A stretch of DNA of 64,000 nt from an uncultured virus (IMG/VR IMGVR_UViG_3300027832_001134) (Duplodnaviria > Heunggongvirae > Uroviricota > Caudoviricetes). A program made the position numbers and the translations under genes. Positions 41,225-51,125 of the stretch are shown here, piece after piece (the stretch's first letter is position 1; each line of letters begins with the position of its first letter). The notes beneath the pieces were generated by a model. It worked only from the letters and a program-made list of their open reading frames with translations, was not told where the DNA came from and did no database searches. The stretch is taken from IMG/VR virus record IMGVR_UViG_3300027832_001134, one strand, 5' to 3'.

Positions 41225-41568
41225 TTTTTTTCCTGGTCCAGCAGCAGGCCTTTGGAAACGTAGGTCAGCTGGAAGGCCTCGAAGATCGGCCAGATGTCGA
41301 GAAGCGCGTCGACAGCGTCGGGGCTCGGATCGATATGGTTGCCATCCGCATCACCGATGCCCTCCCAAGTGAGAACTGCCCGGCGCGCCAGCGCCTTGGC
41401 AAAGGCAACGGCGCGTTCCTCGTCGGACGCCTCCTCGGGGACCGCCTCCACAGCGGTGTCGCTGCGCGTTGCAACCATCAGCGCCGTGGTCAGCGGGCGC
41501 AGCTGCAGCCGGACGCCCGGCGCGAGATCATGCCAGTGCGGCGTGTTCGTTAGATCGAGCTTCAGCAT
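41113..41568 (-). CDS. Tail assembly chaperone gpG-like
   Basis: Between tail tube and tape measure genes; contains the slippery EKN site. Confidence 0.8.
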   Translation of the reverse strand: MLKLDLTNTPHWHDLAPGVRLQLRPLTTALMVATRSDTAVEAVPEEASDEERAVAFAKALARRAVLTWEGIGDADGNHIDPSPDAVDALLDIWPIFEAFQLTYVSKGLLLDQEKNVSALSPSGPSAGASDTARVANPAKRAKRRAKPARRG

Positions 41569-42506
41569 CAGTAAATCTCCACATCATTCACGAGGGTGGC
41601 GGTGCACATCCGGCCAACCGTGCTGTCCCGCGCGGCCTGCCAGTCAAAGGTGGCCTGCACCCCCTGCGGACCGGAAATCTCGATCCGGGGGCGCGGCAGA
41701 TAGACAGCGTGTACGGTGAAGGTGAAGCTTTCGCCGGAGGGCAGCACATAGGCGAACTCCAACTCGCAGGGATCGCCATTGATCGCCTGTGTCACCAGCG
41801 TCTGGTCGGCGAAGCGCACCTCGATGGAGCCGGTCAGCGCGGCAATAGACGGGTCTGCTCCATCGATGCGGCCATCCGAACGGATGGTCTCGATGCGGTC
41901 GAGGTTGTTGGCATAGGTGATGTCGGCCGAGACCACATTGCCAAGGGCCGATCCGTTTCGTGTGATCGCTCCGTTGAAATGGCCGAAGCGCTGCAATTCG
42001 AGCGCGGCAGGCGTGCCTGCGCTGGTCGTCGTGCCCACCGTCTCGCCCTGCGCCACCAGCCGTGCTGTTGCGGTCAATAGCCCTGAACGCTGCATCTGCC
42101 AGTTGATCTGGTCGAGCACACAGCCGGAATACATCGCAAAACGCGGGATCTCGGGCATGCCGGTCTCGATCGACATGCTGGGCAGCGTCCAAGACCCTGA
42201 CTGGAATTCATGCGTCCAGGGGCCGGTACCGGTAGTGATCGGATCGCCAAAACTCGCCTTCAACCAGAACCCGAATGCCTCAGCGTCCAGCGGCACGACA
42301 ACATCGCCGTCGGCCGTCACAGCATCCTTGATCGGCGCCAGCGGATCACGGCCGTAGCCCAAAAGTTCCGAATTAAGCAGAGGCTGCTCCGCGCCGAGCG
42401 AGGTGCTGGCGAAGGGCATTTTCGTGAAACCGCCCACCGGCGGCGTTCCATAGGTCGTCTCGAACGCAAGCGCCATCTGCGCCCGCGCCCCTTGGGCTCG
42501 TGCCAT
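41568..42506 (-). CDS. Major tail tube protein
   Basis: MARAQGARAQMALAFETTYG..ISGPQGVQATFDWQA. Confidence 0.88.
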   Translation of the reverse strand: MARAQGARAQMALAFETTYGTPPVGGFTKMPFASTSLGAEQPLLNSELLGYGRDPLAPIKDAVTADGDVVVPLDAEAFGFWLKASFGDPITTGTGPWTHEFQSGSWTLPSMSIETGMPEIPRFAMYSGCVLDQINWQMQRSGLLTATARLVAQGETVGTTTSAGTPAALELQRFGHFNGAITRNGSALGNVVSADITYANNLDRIETIRSDGRIDGADPSIAALTGSIEVRFADQTLVTQAINGDPCELEFAYVLPSGESFTFTVHAVYLPRPRIEISGPQGVQATFDWQAARDSTVGRMCTATLVNDVEIY

Positions 42507-42530
42507 TGTGTTCTCCTTGAATTGTCAGGG

Positions 42531-42950
42531 TCAGCCGAGCGGATCGGCCGTTGAATAATGCAGCACCACCGGGATCACGGCCGCCTTCAGGCTGGCCGCG
42601 CCCTCAACGGGCAGATCGACCGGGCGCGGTGCTTCCGCCTCGACCCAGTCGCAGAGGCCGCCCAGAGTGCGGTCGCCAGCAATTGCCGCACCGATGCTGG
42701 TGGTCAGGGTATCGAACGCAGCGTCACGCGCCGCGCCTTGGACCACCGCCTCGATCTCGGCGCGGTGCTGGTAGTGGTAGCGCAGGGGCGACAAAGTCAC
42801 CTCGGGCTCCCCCGGCTCGCCGTCGCGCAGGATCAGCAGCCCATCGGCTGGGACGCGCTCGGGCAGCACCTCACCGCGCAGGGCGGTGGCAGGCAGCGCC
42901 GAGAGCCGCGCGTGTAGCGCGGTGAGGATGGTTTCACGTGGGGTGGGCAT
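42531..42950 (-). CDS. Tail terminator-like protein
   Basis: Position before the tail tube; DRTLGGLCDW. Confidence 0.7.
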   Translation of the reverse strand: MPTPRETILTALHARLSALPATALRGEVLPERVPADGLLILRDGEPGEPEVTLSPLRYHYQHRAEIEAVVQGAARDAAFDTLTTSIGAAIAGDRTLGGLCDWVEAEAPRPVDLPVEGAASLKAAVIPVVLHYSTADPLG

Positions 42951-43189
42951 CTTCTGTTCAGCTTCCATCCTATTGGCCAACTGCCAAATCCGTTGTGTTT
43001 CCAAGCATCTTGAACAGCATGTTGGAAAGTACCATTCTACCCGTGCGAGTGCTTTGCCTGGTAGGTCTGGTTGGTTGGGGTTCGATTCCCCTTCACCTGC
43101 TCTGTCTTGGTGGCCTTCTAACCTTCATCGCCCTTTGGGCTTTGGCTTACGCCGTTGCGCTATCGACAACGAATGGAAAGGAGCACCAC

Positions 43190-43330
43190 ATGAACACAGA
43201 GCACGCTACTACTGAGAAACCCAATGTCGCCGTCAGTTCGCTGGCAAACACAATCGGGGCCATCGGGACGAGCATGTGGTCTGGTCTGGCCCTATCAGGC
43301 AAAGCACTCGCGCCAAGATCATTCAGTTAA
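43190..43330 (+). CDS. Small moron ORF (46 aa; a longer hydrophobic form from 43019 is possible)
   Basis: Strong RBS AAAGGAG before ATG 43190 in a lower-GC insert antisense to the tail operon. Confidence 0.4.
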   Translation: MNTEHATTEKPNVAVSSLANTIGAIGTSMWSGLALSGKALAPRSFS

Positions 43331-43955
43331 GCTGACTCTCCACCCAGTTCGCCACGATCAGCCCCGGCACGCTGTCCAACGCCCGGTCTGCATCCCGCGA
43401 GAGATCCAGTCGCTTGGGCAGCTTTACCTGCGGCACCAGCAGAAAGATCGGCGCGGTGACCTTGCCTCGCCCGGTCTTCGAGCGCGAGACCACCGCCTGA
43501 CCCTTCGTATTCAGTCGCCCCTCCGCCACCAGCAGGCTCGGACCCGTGCGACGATAGACGAACCGCAGGCGCAGACCGCGTCGCCGTTCCCATTCACCGG
43601 GGGTGATCCGACCGCCACGTGTGGATTTGCCTGCGGCAGGCAGAGGGATCGCCAGCCAGAAGCCGTCCTTCGAGCGGATCAGCGGGCCGGTATCGTGCGC
43701 GCCGACGATCACCGGGGCTTTGGACCAGACCAGCGCCGCGGCATCGAGGCTTTCGCCAGACCTTGGGAAGTTCTGGTTGCGGATCGAGTTGGCGAGCCGC
43801 CGCCCAAGCCCCGCGCCAGTGATCTGCGTGCGCCACGCAGTCTTGAGTCCGGTACCGGCCTCGCGCATGGCCGCTGTCACCGCGCGTTCGCCCGCCGCGA
43901 TCTCGGCCGCCATCATCGCAACAATGTCGGGATCGATGTCGAGCTTCAGTTTCAC
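43323..43955 (-). CDS. DUF6441-like neck/tail completion protein
   Basis: Basic protein GLGRRLANSIR..FLLVPQVKLPKRLD in the head-tail cluster. Confidence 0.78.
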   Translation of the reverse strand: MKLKLDIDPDIVAMMAAEIAAGERAVTAAMREAGTGLKTAWRTQITGAGLGRRLANSIRNQNFPRSGESLDAAALVWSKAPVIVGAHDTGPLIRSKDGFWLAIPLPAAGKSTRGGRITPGEWERRRGLRLRFVYRRTGPSLLVAEGRLNTKGQAVVSRSKTGRGKVTAPIFLLVPQVKLPKRLDLSRDADRALDSVPGLIVANWVESQLN

Positions 43956-44263
43956 ACGGGCCTCAGATCCACGGTCCAGACCAGCCGCTCCCGGTCGCGG
44001 ACGGGTTCGCCCTGAATGAGGAAGGCATCGCCGTCCATTTCCAAACGGTCGCCCGGCCGTGGATTGGAGACCTCAGCCACCCGCAAGTCGATGCGGGTCG
44101 TTTCCGACCAGAGCCGCGCGTCGCCGAAGTCGCTGATTGCATCCGCCTGCCGCGAGACGACGCGCACCAGCATGGGCGCGCCGCCGTCGGAGGTGTAGAT
44201 CGCCTCGCGCCCGATGTTCGGGTCGGCGAACAGCAAGTCGACGGCGGCGTCGAAGACAGACAT
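43952..44263 (-). CDS. Head-tail joining protein
   Basis: PRPGDRL..GEPVRDRERLVW; follows the capsid gene. Confidence 0.8.
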   Translation of the reverse strand: MSVFDAAVDLLFADPNIGREAIYTSDGGAPMLVRVVSRQADAISDFGDARLWSETTRIDLRVAEVSNPRPGDRLEMDGDAFLIQGEPVRDRERLVWTVDLRPV

Positions 44264-45276
44264 CACGTCCGCCGGGCGCTACGCAGCACTTGTGGGCGAG
44301 TGCAGATAGGCAGCGGATTGCTCTCGATCTCGAGCCGCACCCATTCGTCGCGATCCCGGTCAGGGATGGTGCGCGCATAAAGCGGCAAACCGAGCGTGTT
44401 GACCGTCTCGAACGTATCGGCGGGTGCGTGGTAGATCTCGAACAACCCCTCCACCCCTTCGGGGTAGAAGAAGGCCTTGTCGGTAGGCACGCCGAAGCCC
44501 GCCCCACCTCGATAGCGACGGAAGCTGATACCGCCGAAGCTGACTTCGTCGGCGACCCGGCCGCGCAGATCGGCGGCAGCGGCAGTGTTGAGATAGGTCT
44601 CGCGCACCTCCTTATGGGCGATGAGATCGGCGAAGAAAGCTGAGCCACATTCCGCGCGGACCTGCACAGCCCCGGCCGCGAGCCCGCCCATGCTGTCCTC
44701 GACGCTTTCGATCAGCGCCTGGCAGCGTTTGCGCAGCGCGCCTGAGCCCGGGGTCGCATTGTCCAGATCGAAGTCGATCTCGGTGGCGGGCGTGATGGCG
44801 AACTCGGTGAAGTAGTTGATCACCGTGGCGCTGTCCTTGGGATCCTTCACGATGCCCTGAATGCCGTTCAGCAGGTGATATTCGAACGTCGCCTCCGCAT
44901 CCTGGCGCAAACGGCCGAGCTTTCGGGCGACCTCGCTTTGCACTTGCTGGGTGGCACTTTCCGAGCCGAAGTCGCGGATCCCCTGGATTTCAGACGCCCA
45001 GAGCACGTCCTGCTTCTTGAACTGGCGGCAGACAAAGGCGCGCATGTCGCGACGCTCCGGCACCTGTTGCTCGGCCGCCGAGCCGCGTTCGGAGAACGGG
45101 ATCAGCGACAGCGTGCCGTCCCGGCTCTCGATCACGACGGTGCGCGAGCGCACGCCGCGCGGCGAGAACAGGCTGGCGCCCGACAGGATCGCGGGCTTGA
45201 AGGGGATGTTTTCCAGAGCACGGGTGAGTTCGATGATGGTGAAGGCATCGCCTTCGAAGATATCCATGGTGGTCAT
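44263..45276 (-). CDS. Major capsid protein (lambda E-like)
   Basis: MDIFEGDAF..ESNPLPICTRP; RBS AAGGAGG. Confidence 0.9.
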   Translation of the reverse strand: MTTMDIFEGDAFTIIELTRALENIPFKPAILSGASLFSPRGVRSRTVVIESRDGTLSLIPFSERGSAAEQQVPERRDMRAFVCRQFKKQDVLWASEIQGIRDFGSESATQQVQSEVARKLGRLRQDAEATFEYHLLNGIQGIVKDPKDSATVINYFTEFAITPATEIDFDLDNATPGSGALRKRCQALIESVEDSMGGLAAGAVQVRAECGSAFFADLIAHKEVRETYLNTAAAADLRGRVADEVSFGGISFRRYRGGAGFGVPTDKAFFYPEGVEGLFEIYHAPADTFETVNTLGLPLYARTIPDRDRDEWVRLEIESNPLPICTRPQVLRSARRT

Positions 45277-45301
45277 GGGAATGCCTCCTTTGAGGGTTTG
45301 A

Positions 45302-45667
45302 TCAGCGGACGAGGATGCCGACCGCCAGCAGCGCGGCATGGGCGGCGGTGATTTCGCCCTCGCTGGGGGTGCCGACAAAGACGAGATCATGGCGATTGAC
45401 GATGGCCGGGCCGCGAACCAGCGCAACGGCTGGCACATCGCCGCCTGTGGCGTCGGCCTTGCCCCAGAGCACCGCCACGGCGGTTTCAGTACCGTCGACG
45501 GCGGCGGGATCATGGGCGGCGTATTTGCCAGACGCGGTGATCTTGCCCAGCACGGTGCCCGGATCGAGCTTGCCGGACGCAACGGTGATGGTTTCGCGAG
45601 TGTAGTCGCGGAAGGCTTCCCAGACGAGGAAGCCTCCGGGATGGGTGGTCTCGGTGAGCGTGGTCAC
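45302..45667 (-). CDS. Head decoration protein
   Basis: GTVLGKITASGKY..DGTETAVAVL; precedes the capsid gene. Confidence 0.85.
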   Translation of the reverse strand: MTTLTETTHPGGFLVWEAFRDYTRETITVASGKLDPGTVLGKITASGKYAAHDPAAVDGTETAVAVLWGKADATGGDVPAVALVRGPAIVNRHDLVFVGTPSEGEITAAHAALLAVGILVR

Positions 45668-45671
45668 GTGG

Positions 45672-46754
45672 TTATCCTTTCAGCTTGAAGGTACGGGCGA
45701 CGATCTCGCCCCAGGGGCGGGCCGTCGTGGTCCGGCCGGGTTGTGCGTGATGGGCTGTGATCTCGGGTTCGGCCTCGGCTTTTGCCGCCAGAAGGGCCAT
45801 GCGGACGTCGTCGAGACTGGCGTCCTGTTCGAGGAAGCGCCCGGCCATCTGTGGCTGGCCTGCGAGGCGGCAAAGATCGACGATAGCGCGGGCATGGGTG
45901 ATTGCTTCGGCGCGGATCGCGGCGGGATCGGGCGGTGCGCCATCCGGAGTCGGAATCGGGTCCGAAGGGCTGGGCATGTCGTCGGTGACACCATACCCCT
46001 CGGGCCCAACGAGTGCATCGTCGCTGCCCGCCTCGCCGGTGCCGTCGTCAGGTTCGACATCGTCGTCCAGGATGCTGTCAGTCTTTGTGCCCGTGTCTTG
46101 GCTACTTTCCTCGGGAACGTGCTCCAGTTCGGGCTTAACACCCTCCTGGCCAATGGCTTCCACTGCCTCGACGAGGTCCGGCGGCGCATTGCGGAACCGA
46201 CCAATGTCGAAGCGTGCGGCCATTCTGACAGGGTCCGCCAACCGGTCCGCGAAGCCCGCCGCCACCGCATCAGCCGCATCGAACCAGGTCTCGGCCGCCA
46301 TCAGCGCTGCTATCTCGTCATCGGGTTTGCCGGATTTGGCGGCATATCCCCGGACGAGGCTGCCCGCGACCTTGTCGAGCGCCTCGGCCATGGCGCGCAT
46401 GTCACCCGCCGTGCCCATTGCCAACCCCGACGGGTCGTGGATCATCAGGAATGCGTTTTCCGGCATGACGATCTCGTCACCCGCCATGGCGACATAGGAC
46501 GCGGCAGAGGCGGCAATACCGTCGATCCAGACCGTGACCGTGCCCGCGTGCCGCTTCAGCGCATTGTAGATCGCCACCGCATCGAAGACTGACCCGCCCG
46601 GGCTGTTCAGCCGCAGATCGACCGGCGTCCCGTCGGGCAGTGCGCCGAGTTCGGCAAGGAACCCCTTCGCCGAGACCCCATAGGCACCGATCTCGTCATA
46701 GATCGCCACTTCCGCACCTGTTCCCCGGGCGCGGATCGCATACCAGCTTGTCAT
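45672..46754 (-). CDS. ClpP-like head maturation protease with scaffold-like C-terminus
   Basis: LNSPGGSV, AASAAS, MIHDP, AETWF. Confidence 0.9.
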   Translation of the reverse strand: MTSWYAIRARGTGAEVAIYDEIGAYGVSAKGFLAELGALPDGTPVDLRLNSPGGSVFDAVAIYNALKRHAGTVTVWIDGIAASAASYVAMAGDEIVMPENAFLMIHDPSGLAMGTAGDMRAMAEALDKVAGSLVRGYAAKSGKPDDEIAALMAAETWFDAADAVAAGFADRLADPVRMAARFDIGRFRNAPPDLVEAVEAIGQEGVKPELEHVPEESSQDTGTKTDSILDDDVEPDDGTGEAGSDDALVGPEGYGVTDDMPSPSDPIPTPDGAPPDPAAIRAEAITHARAIVDLCRLAGQPQMAGRFLEQDASLDDVRMALLAAKAEAEPEITAHHAQPGRTTTARPWGEIVARTFKLKG

Positions 46755-46758
46755 ATTG

Positions 46759-48282
46759 TCACTCCTGTTCGGTGGCGGGATCGGTGGAGGCGGATCCGTC
46801 GCCTGTGTCTTCGCCTGTGCCATCTCCAGGATCAGGCCGCGCTGCGGGCGTCGCTCGCGCGCCCTGCGTTTCGCCGGGGCTCGCGCGGTAGCTCAGCCCC
46901 AGATCAGCAACGCGCTTGGCATCCGCCGCATTCTCTCGGTCGACTTCCTCGACGTCATAGCCGGTGGCCTCGACCACCTTGCGGCGCGAGGTGATGCCCG
47001 CTTCCATCGCCAGCACTTGCGCCTGGATGTCCTTCAGCGGGTCGACCCAATCCCAGCGTGGTGGGATCCATTGCACCGGCCGCGCGACGGCGGGATTGCC
47101 GATATCCAGCGCCCCCGACAACACGGCCGTCTCAAGCCAGCGCCGCCAGATCGGCCGACACAGCTGGTGCGCCATCACCCCATGCTGCAGCTGGCCAATG
47201 CGTCGCCGGAACTCGACCAGCTCTGCCCGCAAGCTCGAATAGTTCGCCTGGCGCACATCCCCGGTGACGAGGTGATAGGGCAGCCCCAGAGAGGCCGAGA
47301 CCGACAAGAGCGTCCGGTATTGAAACGCCTCATAGCCACCCCCAACATCTGCGGGGCTCGAGAACTTCACATCCTCGCCCGGCAGCAGCACTTGCATCGT
47401 GCCGGGTTCGAGGCTCGCAATGGCGGTGCCAACGAGATCGGCCTCGGCCTCACCCATCATCGGGTCTTCCGGCGCGGTCTTGGTGATGAACCCCGCAAAC
47501 ATCGCCGCCGTCTTCTTCCGGTCCAGTTCAGCGTCGTCGTACTGGTCCAGCAGAAACAGCCGCACCATCGCGGGTGCCACATGCGGCAGGCCGCGGATCT
47601 GGCCCGCATCAATGGGCCGGTAAATGTGAAGCACATCCTCGGCGGGCACGCGCACCGTCTCCGGGATCACCGCCCCCTGATCGGTGGTGTCGCCCGGATG
47701 GCGACGACGGAAGTGATAGGCCACCCTGCGGCCGATGCCGTCAAATTCAATCCCGCAGCGCATGCGATTGCCATTTGCCACGGTCTCGGTCTTCTCGAAC
47801 GGCAGCATCTCCGACTGCAGGAGCTGCAGTTGCAGCGGCACCAGCAGACCATCTTCAGACCGGCGAGGCCGCAGCCGGACAAAGCATTCGCCTGCAACAA
47901 ACATCTCGCGCGCGACCATGGCTTGCAGGCCGTAGAAGTCCGTCAGACCGTCGGCATCCGCCTCGTCGGTCCAAGCAAGCCAGAGCTGCTGAATACTGTC
48001 ACGCAATGCCGCATCCGCGATCAGTGACGAGGGCTTGATCCCGTCACCGATCATGTTCGACGCAAATGCCTCGCAGGCATTGGCGGCATAGCCGTTGGTG
48101 ACGACCAGTTCCCGCGACCGCGCCAGCAAACGCGGGCCGCCCGATGCCACCAGCGAATTGATGTTCTCTAGCGGCGGGTTCCAGCCGCGAAGCCGCCGCC
48201 GGGCCATCGCGCCTTCGAGGCGCGCGGTCACAGCAGCGGGACCGCCGGGACCCCGGCGGCGAAAGCGATCGAACATGCCCAT
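46759..48282 (-). CDS. Portal protein (lambda family)
   Basis: GQIRGLP, ANYSSLRA, WVDPLKD. Confidence 0.93.
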   Translation of the reverse strand: MGMFDRFRRRGPGGPAAVTARLEGAMARRRLRGWNPPLENINSLVASGGPRLLARSRELVVTNGYAANACEAFASNMIGDGIKPSSLIADAALRDSIQQLWLAWTDEADADGLTDFYGLQAMVAREMFVAGECFVRLRPRRSEDGLLVPLQLQLLQSEMLPFEKTETVANGNRMRCGIEFDGIGRRVAYHFRRRHPGDTTDQGAVIPETVRVPAEDVLHIYRPIDAGQIRGLPHVAPAMVRLFLLDQYDDAELDRKKTAAMFAGFITKTAPEDPMMGEAEADLVGTAIASLEPGTMQVLLPGEDVKFSSPADVGGGYEAFQYRTLLSVSASLGLPYHLVTGDVRQANYSSLRAELVEFRRRIGQLQHGVMAHQLCRPIWRRWLETAVLSGALDIGNPAVARPVQWIPPRWDWVDPLKDIQAQVLAMEAGITSRRKVVEATGYDVEEVDRENAADAKRVADLGLSYRASPGETQGARATPAARPDPGDGTGEDTGDGSASTDPATEQE

Positions 48283-48285
48283 GAA

Positions 48286-48501
48286 TCAGAGACCCTTCGT
48301 CGTCGTCACACGCACCTGCCGAACGATCCGACGACCCTCGGCAACCGCGATCTCGCGGCCAAGCGCCTCGATGGCCCGGTCAATCTCCGCGACGCTGCGA
48401 TAGTCCACCGTCTTTCCGTCGTAACTGACACGCGCCACGCCAGAGGAACGCTGAACGGCCAACGCCTCGCGGCGGGCACGGAGCTCGGCAATCGTAGACA
48501 T
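48286..48501 (-). CDS. Head-to-tail adaptor gpW-like
   Basis: GVARVSYDGKTVDYRS; lies between terminase and portal. Confidence 0.8.
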   Translation of the reverse strand: MSTIAELRARREALAVQRSSGVARVSYDGKTVDYRSVAEIDRAIEALGREIAVAEGRRIVRQVRVTTTKGL

Positions 48502-48505
48502 CAAT

Positions 48506-50506
48506 TCACCTCATGTAGCTTGAGCGCACGGTTCGCCGCTGTGGTCCCGCGCGCCGAGAGGCGGGCGTCGTGTTTCCCGCCCCGTCTTCCGCCATGTCCT
48601 CCGCCGTGATCCCGACCTGTGCTTCCAGATCGGCCCAACGCGCCTCAGACCAGCGATCGGCCCCAAGGATCCAGGCGGCTGCCCGGGCATAGACGCGACA
48701 ATCCAGAGCTTCATTGCGTTCGCGCAGCTTCTGCCATTCGAGCCGGGCAAAGCCGCGTTTGGTGCGCACCGTGATCAGTTGTTCGGCCGTGAATTGCTTC
48801 AGCCACTCGCCGTCCGCCCAGTTTGGCAGATGGATCGTTCCGGGCGGGCAAAGATGCCCAGCCTCGACTTCCTCCCGTGTCGGCCGGTCCTGGCGCAAAT
48901 AGCGATAGGTCTCGGTCTTGAAGGTCGAGGTGGCGACCGTCCAAAGCCGCGCCCCGCGCCGCAGCCGTTTGCCTGCGATGGTCGCGTCCACATACGTCGG
49001 GCCAGTGACCGGGCTCGAACGGTTGAACCCCTCGACGCCTTTGACCGGAGCCACCTGCGCGAAGCCGACCTGTCGCGACCAGCCATAGACAGCGCTGGTC
49101 TCATATCCAGTGTCGATGGCCAGCCGTGCCAATGTCATCTTCTGACCAGAGGCATGCTCCCATGTCTGCCCGAGCAAATTGGTCAGTTGCTGCCAGCACG
49201 CCGGGTCGCCGGGCCCACCCTCAATGACCAGGTGCTCGATCAGCCAACTCTCCAGCCCGCGGCCCCAGGCCCAGACATCGACTTCGATGCGATCCTTCTG
49301 AACATCCGCTCCCGCAGTCAGGAACAGACCGCCTGTTGGCACAGCGCCAGCATTCCAGGTCTCGCGCTGGTCCGCCAAGCGCTGCCAGTCCGGGGCTTCG
49401 CCGGTTTCGACCCAAGTCTCGCCGAGGATCGTGTTGCGAAACGCCTTGATCGCCTCGTTCGACCCTTGGGCCGCATCCCATGCCCGCACGATCCGCTCCC
49501 AACTCAGCCAGCCGATCGGCGAATAGAGCGCCGAGAGGTGATAGCCGACGGTGCCGGGATCGGCGGCCGTTGCGGTTGCGCGCCATTCGCCTGCCTGCAG
49601 CATCGCCGTCTTGTTGTGTTCGGCGATGGGCGTCTCGCAGCCCTCGCAGTGATATTCTGCCGTCTCCGGACGGCCCTTCTGCCAACGCAGCCGCTCGAAC
49701 TTCAGCCACTGTTCCTGACCGCAATGCGGGCATGGCACGAAAAACCGCCGCTGGTCGCTCGCCTCGAACTCTCGCTCGATCCGGCTCAGCCCCCGGATTG
49801 TCGGGGTCGAGACCAGAAACACCTTGCGCCGATGGGCAAATGTCAGCGACCGCGCTTCGGCCAGCGTAACCGGATCGCCTTCGTCGTCAGCGGAGGCCGG
49901 ATAGGCGTCGACCTCATCGAGGAAGATGTAGCGCGCCGGCGTGGACCGCAGGCCGACCGCCGAGTTCGCCCCGGTCATGATCAGGATGCCACCCGCGAAT
50001 TCCTTCGACAGCATGGTGTTACCCGCGTCGCGCGAACGGGCCGGTTTGACCCGTTCGCGTAGTTCCGGGCTTTCATCGATCAGCGGATCGATCCGCTGCC
50101 GCGAGTTGCGTTTCGCCAGTTCTACCGTCGGCTGGACCGCCAGCATCGGGCCCGGTGCCTGGTGGATCGCAAAGCCGATCCAGTTGTTGCCAGCTTCCGT
50201 TGCGCCAACCTGCGCCGCCTTCATGAACACGATCCGCTGCGTTGGATCGCCGGGCGACAGCCGGTCCATGATCTCGGCCATGTAGGGCGTGCGCGCCGTA
50301 CGGTATCGGCCCGGTTCGGCCGAAGCGCGGCCGGAAAGCATTCGGTGCCGGTCCGCCCATTCGGAAACGGTCAGGTCCGGATCGGGCGTGAGGCCCGCGC
50401 CCCAAGCACGCAGGATCTCTGCCGAGCCGTCAAAATCCGGCATATCGTCGGCATCACCGGAGATCGGGTTTGACCTCGGCAAGATCGTCGAGCTGGGCAC
50501 GGACAT
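48506..50506 (-). CDS. Terminase large subunit (GpA family)
   Basis: KAAQVGATE, FLDEVD, STPT, GADVQ, NEALDC. Confidence 0.95.
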   Translation of the reverse strand: MSVPSSTILPRSNPISGDADDMPDFDGSAEILRAWGAGLTPDPDLTVSEWADRHRMLSGRASAEPGRYRTARTPYMAEIMDRLSPGDPTQRIVFMKAAQVGATEAGNNWIGFAIHQAPGPMLAVQPTVELAKRNSRQRIDPLIDESPELRERVKPARSRDAGNTMLSKEFAGGILIMTGANSAVGLRSTPARYIFLDEVDAYPASADDEGDPVTLAEARSLTFAHRRKVFLVSTPTIRGLSRIEREFEASDQRRFFVPCPHCGQEQWLKFERLRWQKGRPETAEYHCEGCETPIAEHNKTAMLQAGEWRATATAADPGTVGYHLSALYSPIGWLSWERIVRAWDAAQGSNEAIKAFRNTILGETWVETGEAPDWQRLADQRETWNAGAVPTGGLFLTAGADVQKDRIEVDVWAWGRGLESWLIEHLVIEGGPGDPACWQQLTNLLGQTWEHASGQKMTLARLAIDTGYETSAVYGWSRQVGFAQVAPVKGVEGFNRSSPVTGPTYVDATIAGKRLRRGARLWTVATSTFKTETYRYLRQDRPTREEVEAGHLCPPGTIHLPNWADGEWLKQFTAEQLITVRTKRGFARLEWQKLRERNEALDCRVYARAAAWILGADRWSEARWADLEAQVGITAEDMAEDGAGNTTPASRRAGPQRRTVRSSYMR

Positions 50507-51014
50507 GTTTCTCCAGAACCTTTTGCATTGCGGCGGGCTCGACGCCCAGATCGGCCGCCATCAGCGCAGCAGCTCGCGACGGCCAGTTGACCCAGACATC
50601 GCGCTCCTGCCGCGCCAGCCGGAACACCAGCGACAACGCGCGGGCCCGGTCAATCAGCTCGCCTTTCAGCTTCTGTAGCCGGAGGCGCCGTTCCTGCGCC
50701 TTCAGCACTTCGTTCGCCGTCTTGGCCTGCAGGAACGTGGTGCCGCTGCCGATTTGTGGCGCCGCTAACCCCTGTTCACGGAGCGTCTCGCCGACTGCGG
50801 ACACTGCCGCCTCCGGGACAGGCTTGAGTTTTGGCTGCGGCGCTTTCCGGGTCTTCGACGGATCGGTCGCTTCGGCGCGCAAGGCATCGCTGGCCACCGC
50901 GTCAATGCTGCCATCGCCGTACAGAACCAGCCGCCCTGTCGCTTTGGCCTTCTGGATTGCACCACGTGAAAGGCCGACGCGGGCGGCATACTGGCGCTCG
51001 CTCAGACCCTCCAT
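50454..51014 (-). CDS. Terminase small subunit-like protein
   Basis: N-terminal HTH (SERQYAARVGLSRGAIQKA) plus coiled coil KGELID, directly upstream of terL. Confidence 0.78.
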   Translation of the reverse strand: MEGLSERQYAARVGLSRGAIQKAKATGRLVLYGDGSIDAVASDALRAEATDPSKTRKAPQPKLKPVPEAAVSAVGETLREQGLAAPQIGSGTTFLQAKTANEVLKAQERRLRLQKLKGELIDRARALSLVFRLARQERDVWVNWPSRAAALMAADLGVEPAAMQKVLEKHVRAQLDDLAEVKPDLR

Positions 51015-51125
51015 TGCGTGCTCCGATTATCATTCAAAATCATGTGCTTATGTAGTTGATAAGCCTCCGTGCCAGAGCGAACGTGATCTCAAGAAAAAGA
51101 TGCAACTCACCAAGGAGCAGCCACG

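Noticed and set aside
43060..43102. GGTTCGATTCCCC as a tRNA gene or att-site remnant
   Set aside because: No D-arm, anticodon arm or full acceptor stem could be folded; kept only as a hairpin within the moron finding
30185..51014. Gene transfer agent cluster
   Set aside because: Lambda-type GpA terminase and portal, a cos-like site and a linked replication module indicate a prophage rather than an RcGTA-type cluster
30900..51100. Many long plus-strand ORFs antisense to phage structural genes (e.g. 37903-39114, 46756-48027, 48779-50062)
   Set aside because: Shadow ORFs expected in high-GC coding DNA; no recognisable motifs, unlike the same-strand MTase overlap
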